The translations under genes were made by a program, and so were the position numbers. A stretch of DNA of 63,976 nucleotides, counting the filler, from Octopus bimaculoides (Eukaryota): assembly GCF_001194135.2 (NCBI RefSeq). It is 7 parts of 7 records of this genome, joined end to end, with 100 filler letters (N's around TTAATTAATTAA, not from the genome) between each part and the next. Parts side by side here need not be neighbours in the genome. Positions count along the whole stretch, not along the records: positions 47,046 to 53,694 come from NC_069003.1; positions 53,795 to 59,489 come from NC_068983.1; positions 59,590 to 62,806 come from NC_068987.1; positions 62,907 to 63,976 come from NW_026307055.1; 3 more parts are not named here. One strand, written 5' to 3'. Below, one piece after another: positions 52,590-63,976 of this stretch (its first letter is position 1; each line of letters starts with the position of its first letter). Below the pieces are notes generated by a model. The model did no database searches, was not told where the DNA came from, and was given only the letters and a program-made list of their open reading frames with translations.

Positions 52590-53341
52590 TAAGTCTTTTC
52601 AGCTTTAACAAAACATTATATGTATACCATCATCATAATCATTTAACCTATTACCTCCCATAATTATATTGACTGGAATTTTTGAAACTTTGATTTCTAG
52701 CATAAAACAGCCTTAGATACACCCTGGAATGATAAAAATAACATTTCAAATAGAAATAAGTGAGATATTGGGTGAAAAATTAGCAAACCTCATTTGAATA
52801 TCAGAGAAATATACCTAGTAGATATAGCAAAAAGTTTAGATATGTGTAAATATTGACAGATAATTACGAAATTTGTAATTTTTAAGTGAGCTCATATGAG
52901 ATCACTGGTAGGTAATGGGTTAACATATATTTCCCCATCCTAGCCATAGGTTGGACAGTTTGACAGAATTCAGCAAGCCACAGGGCTGTGTTGAGCTCTG
53001 GTAGCTGCTTTCACATGGTTTCTACAGCTGGATGCACTTCCTGATGCCAACCACTTCACAGAGTGTAACTGTGCACTTTCTAGGAGTTGCCAAGTCACAT
53101 GTAAAACAAGACTCTCCTTGACTGAGAGGCTGTAGTATTGAAGAAGGTGGCTTTATGCCAGGTGATGAGGAGTTGAAGTATGATAAAGAGACAGGAACAA
53201 GAGTCTTGCAGTAGAGGAGAAACATGGCTACTCCAGTTGGAAAAGAAGAGGGGGGGTGTTGAAAAGGCATCAGGGCATACCCTTAAGTTACAAGAAAATC
53301 AACATTAAAGAAACAGTCCAGAGTATTGGACAGGGTACATC

Positions 53342-53377
<36 letters not shown>

Positions 53378-53794
53378 AAGAGATAGGTAGATAGATAAAG
53401 AGATATACAAACAGATATAGATAAACAGGTAGATAGATATAGATGGATGGATGGATGGATGGATGGATAGATAGACAGATAGAGACAGACAGACAGACAG
53501 ATAGATAGATAGATAGATAGACAGAGACAGTTAGACAGAAAGATAGACAGAGAGATAGATAGACAGAGAAATAGATAGACAGAGACAGATAGACAGAGAA
53601 ATAGATAGACAGAGAGATAGATAGACAGAGACAGATAGACAGAGAGATAGATAGTCAGAGAGATAGATAGACAGAGAGATAGATAGACAGAGACNNNNNN
53701 NNNNNNNNNNNNNNNNNNNNNNNNNNNNNNNNNNNNNNTTAATTAATTAANNNNNNNNNNNNNNNNNNNNNNNNNNNNNNNNNNNNNNNNNNNN

Positions 53795-53837
53795 GAACGC
53801 CGACGAAGGGAAATAACCCTGAAATCCGGATACGTTC
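53795..53837 (+). ncRNA. Minimal type I hammerhead ribozyme motif (U4C variant)
   Basis: GAACG-CCGACGA-AGGG(aaataa)CCCT-GAAA-TCCGGA-TA-CGTTC. Perfect 5-bp stem I and 4-bp stem II, short stem III with a palindromic CCGG loop, and an AUA cleavage triplet. Confidence 0.75.
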
Positions 53838-56800
53838 GTGCTGCAGACCGAGGTGAGAGGGATAACTTCCCTTGGCAAACAGGACACAGTCGTGTGTCGA
53901 TAAGCCAGCTGGAGGAGATGTCCTCCTGGGGCTAAAAGCAACAGTAACATCCACCCCTAGGGGTCAGCCACACTTAAGTGGCAATATACTACACTTTATC
54001 GTGCAGTTACTATTAATACTTCATTTAGAGAATTAACATATATATATATATATATACACATATATATACGACGTGCTTCTTTCAGTTTCCGTCATCCAAT
54101 TCCACTCACAAGGCTTTGGTCAACCTGACGCTATAGTGGAAGACACTTGCCCAAGGTGCCATGTGGTTCGTAAGCAAGCTACTTACCACACAGCCATTCC
54201 TACGCCTATATGTATGTAAAATTATAGTGACAGAAGCAGTTTTAAAGCAGAAGGCAATCTTGATCTGAAATTTAACAGGAAGGTTGAGTTAGAAGATGGA
54301 TTCAAGGTTGAGTTAGAAGATGGATTCACTCACACACATTCATAATTACACACACACATGCATATACATATACACAAATATATACGGTTGTATATATACT
54401 TATATATACGTACATATACATATACACAAACACACACACACAGACACAGACACACAGAGACACGCGCGCGCGCGCATGCACACACACACATGTCTATAGC
54501 CTGTAGTTACTTCCACAAGAAACTACTTATTTTGCTAAAGATCAGATGCACTCCCTTCTGCATTCTATAAATAATTAATTACCATTAATGTAGATTCTCT
54601 AGCTGACTCTCCTGTCTTTCTTGACTGACCAGAATTAATCATTAAGACAACAATTGTCTTTCTCATCCCTAAGCGTGTAATTTTAATTATATAAGATTTC
54701 TTGCCCCATTACTATACTAGTGCTGACTACAATCTCTATGTATATATGTATGTTTATGTGTGTTTGTGTGTGTGTATGTTTCTATATATAGAAAATCAAC
54801 ATCATCATGATATATATTTATATATATGTATGTATATCTATAGCTATATGTATATGTGCATATATAAGCACTTATATGCATCTGTGTATTCATATCATCA
54901 TCATCACCATCATCTATATATGAATGTATATATATAGATATAGATAGATAGATAGATAGATAGATAAATAGATGTATATATGAATGGATGTATATATCAA
55001 TTTAATATTTGTTTTGCAATATACTTGATATGAAACTATATAGTAGAACAGACATTTGGGACACTCATGTTGCCAATAAAAACACAGACATTGGTTTTAT
55101 TTCACTACTTTATTATTATTATTATTATTATCATCATTATTAAAGGCAGTGAGATGGCTGAATCGTTAACATGCTGGGCAAAACGTTTAGTGGCATTTTG
55201 TCCGTTTTTACATTCTGCCAAGGTCGACTTTGCCTTTCATCCTTTTGGAGTCAATAAATTTAGTACCAATGAAACACTGGGGGGCGATATAATTAACTAC
55301 TCCCCTCCCTCAAATTTCAAGCCTTGTGCCTTTAGTAGAAAGGATTATTATTTTTATTATTATTAATTCATGAAGATTAAGGCAGTGAGCTGGCAGAATC
55401 GTTAGCATGCTGGGCAAAATGCTTAGTGGCATTTCATCCAGCTTTACATTCTGAGTTCAAATTCTGCCAAGGTTGACTTCGCTTTTCATCCTTTTGGGGG
55501 CCAATAAAATAAGTACCAGTTGATTACTGGGGTTAATGTAATTGACTAGCCTTCTCCTCTGAAATTGCTGCCCTTGTAACAAAATTTGAAATCATTATGA
55601 ATTTATGAAGATTGATGTAATTCTTCATGAAAGTAAATAATAATAAGATACAGTTTGTAATAGATAGAGATTGACTATTTATTTGATTGAACAATATTTC
55701 GACATTATGCTTGTCTTCCTCAGGTTTAAAATGAAAAATGTTGGCAGGTAGGTAGTTGATTGTCAAAAATATTACTTGAATTGGATATACATAATGCAAT
55801 AATGGATTCTTGATATAAACTGTGTATTGTTTTATAGTGTTTACATTTGATCAATAAAAAAAAAATATATATATTTAGAAGTAAAAGCTGGACAAACCAG
55901 TTGCATGCAAATAAGGAGATATTAAATTATGTCCAATCAAAAAGGTAATGTTCTTAGTCTTAGCAGTCTTTTTTGTAACATTCCAGCTATAAAAGAAACA
56001 ATATTCATAAAACTCTCACACACACACATATGCACACATAGATATAGGTAATAGATAATTACTTGCACTTTACCTGGCACATCCTAACTCATCTAAAAGA
56101 TAAGACATTTAGTACAAAAGTGCTCAGTAAATAATTCAAGTAAATTAATTAGAGCATGTGGAGGAGGCCAGGTGAGGAAGTGGTTCACCTTGGTGGATAT
56201 CCTTATTGAGTTGGTACTGTTGGGTGTGCTGTATAAACTGTATAGGATTGGAGGCCATGGGAGTGGTGAACAAGCTCAAAGGCTGCCCCAGGTGGCACAC
56301 ATTTTAGCTACATCACTGTTAGGGCCACACTAACCTCAATGACAATAATTCTCAAAGGATGTTCCATGGGGGCAAGTTGGGGGTGTATCTATGCAATTAT
56401 AATGTCACAAGTAATAATTGCAAGATGGATTCTTAAAGCCAAGCCAACTGGCAGGAGACTTATGGATAAGGGTGGACCAAGAACAAGATGGTTGGATAAT
56501 ATCCATAGTCTCAGTTGGTCATGTTTAAGAATCTAGCTGGAAAGTCTAATGGTGGTTGCTTCAGACTGGACCTTATGGAGGAGGTGACTGAGGACTCTAC
56601 CTCCATGGCCTTTCCAGGAATAGTGGGCAGACAAATTGGTTGGATGGATGATTGCCTTCAAAAACGTGCTATTCATAATTTGTTATGCACAAGTAAAATT
56701 AATAAAACAAAATAAGCAATTCTTTTTGCCCATTTCGTTCTTGCACTTTTGGTTTCCACATTTTAAATTCCGGGTGTAACAATAAGATTTATTATTTGAA

Positions 56801-57221
56801 CTTCAGTGTGACAAGAAGTCAGAAAGATTGAGAATCACTGGGCTATGATGAATGGTGGAATGGATATAGACAAAATTTGAATTTATATGATATAAATTAA
56901 GCTGGATTTTCGAACTTAGTACGTATGTTCTGAACAAAGTAAAACATATTTTAGCAATAGAAATAATTATTAATAAGCAGCAAATAAATCGTAAAATTCA
57001 ATTGGTACATTATATTTTAATGCTTTTGTTTTTCTTTTTAATTATTAGATTGAACGTTTTCATACCCAGTCTAATTAAGGAAAAACAGTCTACAAGGCAC
57101 AGCTTCAGTACGTATGCAATTAGTATCTGTCTTTCACTTTTAATTGGTGCAGTTTGTTTCCGTTTGACTAGCTTATACGTATAACGTTCAAAAGGTCGTC
57201 TAAATTAAATACATGCATTAC

Positions 57222-57345
57222 ATTCATCATGGTTAGCAAACTCTGACAGCCATTCTGACGACACAGCAGGCGTGGTATCAACATGAAATGTAAGGGTCGT
57301 AACAAAAACGAACGTGACAGAATGTTTGACTAAAAACGCTGACAT
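57222..57345 (-). CDS. Candidate first coding exon of the minus-strand gene: MSAFLVKHSVTFVFVTTLTFHVDTTPAVSSEWLSEFANHDE, signal-peptide-like
   Basis: Poly-T acceptor (exon 5' edge at 57383), in-frame TAG upstream of the ATG, hydrophobic N-terminus, and a phase-1 gtaatg donor that fits exon 52313-52436. No recognised homology. Confidence 0.55.
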
Positions 57346-58021
57346 TCTCAGACGATAAAAATCACCAAAAGTGCTTAACTAAGCTAAAAAAAAAAAAATT
57401 TTTTTTTAAATGAATTAGAAAAACATTTTAACTGACTTAAGGGTGACAGTTAGGCAATGTTTGTGTGCTTAAGAAAGGTGGCGAGCTGGTAGAAACGTTA
57501 GCACGCCGGGCGAAATGCTTAGCGGTATTTCGCCTGTTTTTACGATCTGTGTTCAAATTCCGCTGAGGTCGACTTTGCCTTTTAACCTTTCAGGGTCGAT
57601 AAATTAAGTACCAGTTGCGTACTGGAGTCCATCTAATCGAGTGGACCCCTCCCCAAAAATTTCGGGCCTTGTGTCTAGAGTAGAAAAGAATGTCTATGTG
57701 GTTAAGAAGTTCGCTTCGCAGTCACATGGCTTAGGATTCATGGGTAAATGTCTTCTTCTATAGGTCTCGTTTAAACTAACGCTTTGAGAGTGAATTTTGT
57801 TTACAGAAACTGAATTGAAGCATGTCATTAGATACATACATATATACATACACACACATGCATGTATATATGTGGGAAACAAAAACACGCTAAAAGAAAC
57901 ACTTCAGGGTGGCTTGTATTTGAACATATATGGGTATATTATATAATATTATGCTCGCTCCTAGAGAGTAAAAGTAGACTAGAAACTTGTGTCTAAATTC
58001 AACGTTTCATCCAGACAACTA

Positions 58022-59303
58022 TCAGGTCATCCCATAAGTTCTGTCCGAATTTTGAATAAAGAAAACAAGTAATCAAATATTACATTTAATTGAAATTTAA
58101 TCATCAATGTAAATTCCTTGGTTATCTATGACTTCCTTCCATCTCCTTACAAGCTTTTTGATTCCATCAATGTAAAACTCTTTTGGTTTCAAAGCGAAGA
58201 ACTCTGAAATGTCAATTTCGACCTCCTCCTGGCTTGCGAAAGTTATGTCCCGCAAATGATTCTGTAAGCTACGAAACAAATGGTAGTCTGAAGGAGTAAG
58301 GTCGGGAGAAGAAGGTGGATGAGGAATTTTTTCCCAACCAAGCTCTTCGATCTTCTGTGATGTGATCTTTGCAGTGTGTAGTGGCGCATTGTCCTGATGA
58401 AACATCACTCCTTTTCGATTCACTAAAGCGGGTCTTTTTTTTCTTCAAAGCTTAGTTCAGACGCTCTAATTGCTGACAGTAGACTTGAACATTGATTGTT
58501 GCATTAGGTGGTAACAATTCAAAGTGAATTACTCCTTTACAATCCCACCAGATAGGGAGAACTTTTTCCCATGACGTTCCCTTCTCGGTTATGGTTGAGC
58601 TTTTTCCTTTTTATCAAGTCACTGTTTACGGCGTTTAACATTTCGATAAAAGATCCATTTTTCGTTACCAGTCACAAGTCTATCCAAAAAGGGTGAAATG
58701 AGTTTGTGAGAATGGAGGGAATGGCAGATGTCAACTCGGGATTTGTGGTTGCTTTCCGACAATTCATGAGGCACCCATTTTTCAAGTTTAGGAACCTTTC
58801 CAAGTTGTTGAAGATGACTATGAACAGTTGGATGGTTTGAATTAAGCTTTATTGCCAATTCTTCAACTGATAATGCAGGATTTTCTTCAAGCAATGCTTC
58901 AAGGAGCTTATCATCAAACTCAACTGGACGTCCTGTTCGATCTTCATCTTCAAGGCTGAAATCTCCACTTCTGAATTTTGCAAACCATCTTCTGAAAGTT
59001 TTTTCATTCAAGCATTCTTTCCCATAAACCAAGTATATATTTCGAGTCGCTTCGGCTGCAGAGTTTCCTATTTTGTACTCATAAAACATTATGTGCCTTA
59101 AAGCTCTTTGGATACTTCCATGTTAGAAAATTTTAATCAAAGAAATTTTAATTCTATTATTCTGTAAAATAATATTTAATTAGTTTAAATGTACACAAAT
59201 GCATAAAAATAATTTTTAATTCCATTAGACCTTCTAACATATTATTAGATTTTATTCAATTTTAAAAAAGATAAAATCGGACAGAACTTATGAGATGGCC
59301 TGA
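58022..59303 (-). mobile_element. Full-length (1282 bp) mariner DNA transposon with a pseudogenised transposase
   Basis: 27-bp TIRs (tcaggtcatcccataagttctgtccga at 58022-58048; inverse at 59277-59303, 2 mismatches) flanked by TA. WVPHEL, TGNEKW, HQDNA and SPDLTPSDY motifs, with an N-terminal frameshift and internal stops. Confidence 0.93.
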
Positions 59304-61588
59304 TATATAAGGTTGAGACATTAGCTCTCTTGTTCGAGGTATAAGGACACAGTTGTGCGTTGGTAGCCAGCTAGAAAAGATGTTTTCGAGGGCTAAAAGA
59401 AGGTAGTGACATCATCCTAATCAGGACTGCCGCTTTACGTTGGCAAATAGATTTTAATCTCTCTCTCTCTCTTTCTTATATATATATATNNNNNNNNNNN
59501 NNNNNNNNNNNNNNNNNNNNNNNNNNNNNNNNNTTAATTAATTAANNNNNNNNNNNNNNNNNNNNNNNNNNNNNNNNNNNNNNNNNNNNTATTGATGCAT
59601 TTACGTCCCCATAACTTAACAGTTCGGCAAAAGAAACGAAATACTAAGTATCAAACATTAAAAAATGCAAGTATTAGGAGCGATTTGTTTGAATAAAACC
59701 TTTCAAGTTGGTGCCCGAGCATGGCCGCGGGTCACTGACTGACGCAAGTGAAAAAGAATCTGCAAAATTAAGATTTTTTACAGTGTAAAAAATATCTAAA
59801 CCTGTTCCATCTGAAGCCATTATCGTCAGCGGGAGAATAGGTAAAATACGGAGTGAAATCACTAAGCATTTCAACGTCGACCTCTCCCCCGTTCTCAGAG
59901 CAATGTCATTAAAATTATCTCTAAAAATGTGACAAGATGACATAACACTCAGAGTACAATCTAGAAGTCTTAAAGCAATGTCATTAAGATTTGCTGATAA
60001 AATGAAAAAAGAAAAAAAAAATTAAAACGTGAATTAAACTTAGAATAACGACAACTTAATATTTATCTTGTCGTTGGACTGTCGCCATGCTGGGGCACTG
60101 CCTTGAAGGNNNNNNNNNNNNNNNNNNNNNNNNNNNNNNNNNNNNNNNNNNNNNNNNNNNNNNNNNNNNNNNNNNNNNNNNNNNNNNNNNNNNNNNNNNN
60201 NNNNNNNNNNNNNNNNNNNNNNNNNNNNNNNNNNNNNNNNNNNNNNNNNNNNNNNNNNNNNNNNNNNNNNNNNNNNNNNNNNNNNNNNNNNNNNNNNNNN
60301 NNNNNNNNNNNNNNNNNNNNNNNNCTTTTGTATTTTTTTGAAGTCTTGTAATGATTTTATCGGCCTCCTTTGCCGAAGTTATGGGGTCGTAAACAAACCA
60401 ACACCGGTTGAAAAGCGGTGGAAGAAGACAAACACAGACACAGTATGTGCCATGTTTAAAGAAGATACATCGCGAAAAGCCAAATTAACGGCGGTATTCA
60501 TCTTGAGATGGCATCTCACAGACTTACAGTATTAAATAAAATAAAAATATATCAGCAGCGGACGAAAATCGTTCAGTAGCGGCAGAGGTATTGCTGAATG
60601 AGTATTTCTACTTCGTTGCGCTTCGTCAGTAGTAAGTTCTCACTGACAACTGCATGCAAAGACCATCTGGCACCACTGATAAAAGAAAACAGCGTTTGGT
60701 TTTCCTTGATCTAACTGCATTAAGTATGATACACAGATTACTATTTGAAACTAATACAACTTTTGTTGCACATAATGAATTTTTATTATTTATGTATGTG
60801 TGTATGTATGTATGGATGGATGTTTATGTATGTATATATGAATGAATGAGTGAACGAATGAACTAAATTCTAGTTTGTTCTGTTACTACAATTTACAATC
60901 ACAAAAGGTCAGTAGATTAGTAAAATAATTAGGGCACCTGACGAAAAGGTCTGTAATATATAGTTACGTCCTTTAATGCAGTTAGTTCAAATATAATAAA
61001 GGCTGACTTTGCCCTTCACCTACAAAACGCCAGACAAGCAATGGCGCAGACTTAATCTGCTCTCGCCTTCCCCACTAAATGTGCTGATTGTAGAAATAAC
61101 TGTTTAAGTCACAAAATAGAAAAGAAAAGGAAAACATTGATGGAAATACTTCTATGCGCAACATGAAGTATTTCAATTTATACAGAAATAGATTCTATCT
61201 CTCAAAACCTGTATCGATTCATTTTAATCGAATTTCAACAAATTCCATATGTATGTACATGTGATTGTGTTTAGGTGTATATATATATAAATATTAGGAA
61301 GACGTCTATTATAGACTGCAACTCTGATTCCGTAACGGTAAGAAAAAAAAAGAGAAAGAAAAAAGGAAAACAACAACAACAGCAATGATATTCATATGTA
61401 ACCTTGGCACAGATTTTGAGGGGAGGAGCAAAATCGATTGACTTGGCCCTACTCTGAGGCTAACTTATTTCAGTGAACCAGGTAAAATGAAGGCAAATAT
61501 AACACCAGTGGTGTTTGAACTCACAGCATAGAGAGAACAACTTCAGAACGTTTAATACGGTGCTTTACCATTTCCGCCACAGAACAGC

Positions 61589-61641
<53 letters not shown>

Positions 61642-62235
61642 NNNNNNNNNNNNNNNNNNNNNNNNNNNNNNNNNNNNNNNNNNNNNNNNNNNNNNNNNNN
61701 NNNNNNNNNNNNNNNNNNNNNNNNNNNNNNNNNNNNNNNNNNNNNNNNNNNNNNNNNNNNNNNNNNNNNNNNNNNNNNNNNNNNNNNNNNNNNNNNNNNN
61801 NNNNNNNNNNNNNNNNNNNNNNNNNNNNNNNNNNNNNNNNNNNNNNNNNNNNNNNNNNNNNNNNNNNNNNNNNNNNNNNNNNNNNNNNNNNNNNNNNNNN
61901 NNNNNNNNNNNNNNNNNNNNNNNNNNNNNNNNNNNNNNNNNNNNNNNNNNNNNNNNNNNNNNNNNNNNNNNNNNNNNNNNNNNNNNNNNNNNNNNNNNNN
62001 NNNNNNNNNNNNNNNNNNNNNNNNNNNNNNNNNNNNNNNNNNNNNNNNNNNNNNNNNNNNNNNNNNNNNNNNNNNNNNNNNNNNNNNNNNNNNNNNNNNN
62101 NNNNNNNNNNNNNNNNNNNNNNNNNNNNNNNNNNNNNNNNNNNNNNNNNNNNNNNNNNNNNNNNNNNNNNNNNNNNNNNNNNNNNNNNNNNNNNNNNNNN
62201 NNNNNNNNNNNNNNNNNNNNNNNNNNNNNNNNNNN

Positions 62236-62700
62236 GCGCACATATGGTTGTGATGCATGTGCCTGGTGTACCCTTATCAGACGGGTAGTTATGATGGGTA
62301 TACTGGGTTTCGTATATTTTACCCTAGTGTCATTTTGATGGCATGCACTGCTCTCTCACTCAATAATAGAAAATTGCGCTACTGGGCACTGCACACATTC
62401 TACGCAAAACACTTTCAATACAGTAACCATAAGAGCATCACAGCAAACCACAGCACATACCCAAGGTACATGGCTATGGTGCTCCCCCACAACTTCTGCT
62501 CATGATCAGAGATGCACATATCGTCAGCCACCAAGGGACATGCTCAACTGGTTATAGTCAAGCAACTGACAAGCAAATCTGTAGTATTAAGCAGAATATT
62601 TGCTGTAACCCATCTTTTATACCAAGACAAAACAATGTACATGATAACACTTCCAATCAATTAAGATCAGAAGCCATTCATTGAGCCACTGCCTGGTACT
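62236..62700 (+). mobile_element. Non-autonomous derivative of the R4/Dong-like element
   Basis: 62360-62466 is nearly identical to 30870-30970. Lies between (TAA)n and (TTA)n tracts. Confidence 0.65.
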
Positions 62701-63490
62701 GCATCCAGGCATTTATTATTATTATTATTATTATTATAATTATTATTATTATTATAATTATTATTATTATTATTATTATATTGTTGTTTTTTTTCTTCTT
62801 TCTTCANNNNNNNNNNNNNNNNNNNNNNNNNNNNNNNNNNNNNNNNNNNNTTAATTAATTAANNNNNNNNNNNNNNNNNNNNNNNNNNNNNNNNNNNNNN
62901 NNNNNNTATATATATATATATATATATACGCACATGTATATACACGCACACACACATATAAATGTGTGTGTATATATATATGTGTGTGTGTGTCTGTGTG
63001 TTCAGCAAAAATTTAGATTCAAATGAATATGGTACTTAAGTTGAGGCACCAGAGTCTGCATGTGTGTGTGTGTTTGTGAGTGTGTGTATATGCATGTGTA
63101 TGCATGCATATACCTGTGTCTGTCTATATGCGTATGTACGTGCGTCTGTGTATGTGTGTGTGTAGTACTTATTCTATCATACCACTTTACTGAACCAAAA
63201 AGTTACAGGGACGTGAATAAACCAACATCGGTTGTCAAGTGATGGTGGAGGGGACAAATAGGCACAAACATACACACAAAAACATTTATATGTGCGTGCG
63301 TGTGTGACGGGGTTCTTTCAATTATAATGCGCTTCGATACAGTTTCCATCAACAAAATTCACTCCGGCCAACTAGGGAAGGAGATTGTTGCCCAAGGTGC
63401 TGCACTTAGGAAGTGAACCCGGCATCACAGAGCTGCAAAACGAGTTTCCTAACCACCCAGCCGTGCCAGCGCATGTATGAGCATTCATAT

Positions 63491-63537
<47 letters not shown>

Positions 63538-63905
63538 AGTTGGAATTATTCGGGTGTGGGTTGCACCCGTTTCAAAAGCGACGGTGATAAGAAGGACAGA
63601 AGAACTGACGAAATAAACGAAGAAAAAAAATGTAAAAGAAACGATTAAAGAGAGAAAAGAATGAGAGAGAAAGAAAGAAAGAAAGAAATTGAAGGAAAAT
63701 AGCGAGGGGAGAAAGGAAGGAAAGAACGAGAGAGAACGGAGGAGGGCAAATATTTATGAAATAAAGAAGCTTGCTTCCCAAACGTACAGTTCCGGGTTCA
63801 GTCCCACTGCGTGGCACATTCGTCAAGTATCTTCTATAGCCTCGGGCCGACCAAAAACCTATGAGGAGATTTGATAGACGGAAAATAAAAGAAGCCCGTC
63901 GTGTG

Positions 63906-63976
<71 letters not shown>

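Noticed and set aside
53342-53693. Long (GATA)/(GACA)/(GGAT) tract, and an (AGAG)-based tract at 49300-49560
   Set aside because: Ordinary compound tetranucleotide microsatellites.
55690-55730. CTGAGGA-agac...gtc-GAAA hammerhead-like core on the minus strand
   Set aside because: Stem II is out of register and no stem I partner was found, so it is too degraded to call.
59800-59920. Possible upstream exon (…LRILPILPLTIMASDGT) of the minus-strand gene
   Set aside because: Weak donor (gtttag), no homology, and exon 57222-57345 already provides a phase-compatible start with an upstream in-frame stop.

Overview
AT-rich, microsatellite-dense animal genomic scaffold with many N gaps. The repeat landscape looks like an octopus/cephalopod draft assembly (inference, not a database result). 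Two protein-coding genes face each other. (1) A single-exon + strand bHLH gene (23595-25034) whose domain best matches the Fer3/FERD3L/Nato3 family and is swollen by poly-Asn/His/Asp tracts. (2) A multi-exon - strand prolyl 4-hydroxylase alpha-like gene: four exons are recognisable by homology (37793-37944, 35797-35961, 29240-29307, 28110-28224), and four 5' exons are supported only by splice signals and reading phase (57222-57345, 52313-52436, 50553-50640, 47046-47124). The last homologous exon ends in a GC donor, and the catalytic 3' exons were not found. The rest is transposon-derived: three SINE-like families, RTE and R4/Dong-like LINE remnants, a Penelope remnant, a full-length but inactivated mariner, other Tc1/mariner remnants and hAT MITEs. 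The most notable non-coding signals are a nearly intact minimal hammerhead ribozyme (53795-53837) plus three decayed ones, a dispersed four-hairpin element with compensatory changes (one copy directly follows that hammerhead), and two long foldback inverted repeats at 13.2-14.0 kb.
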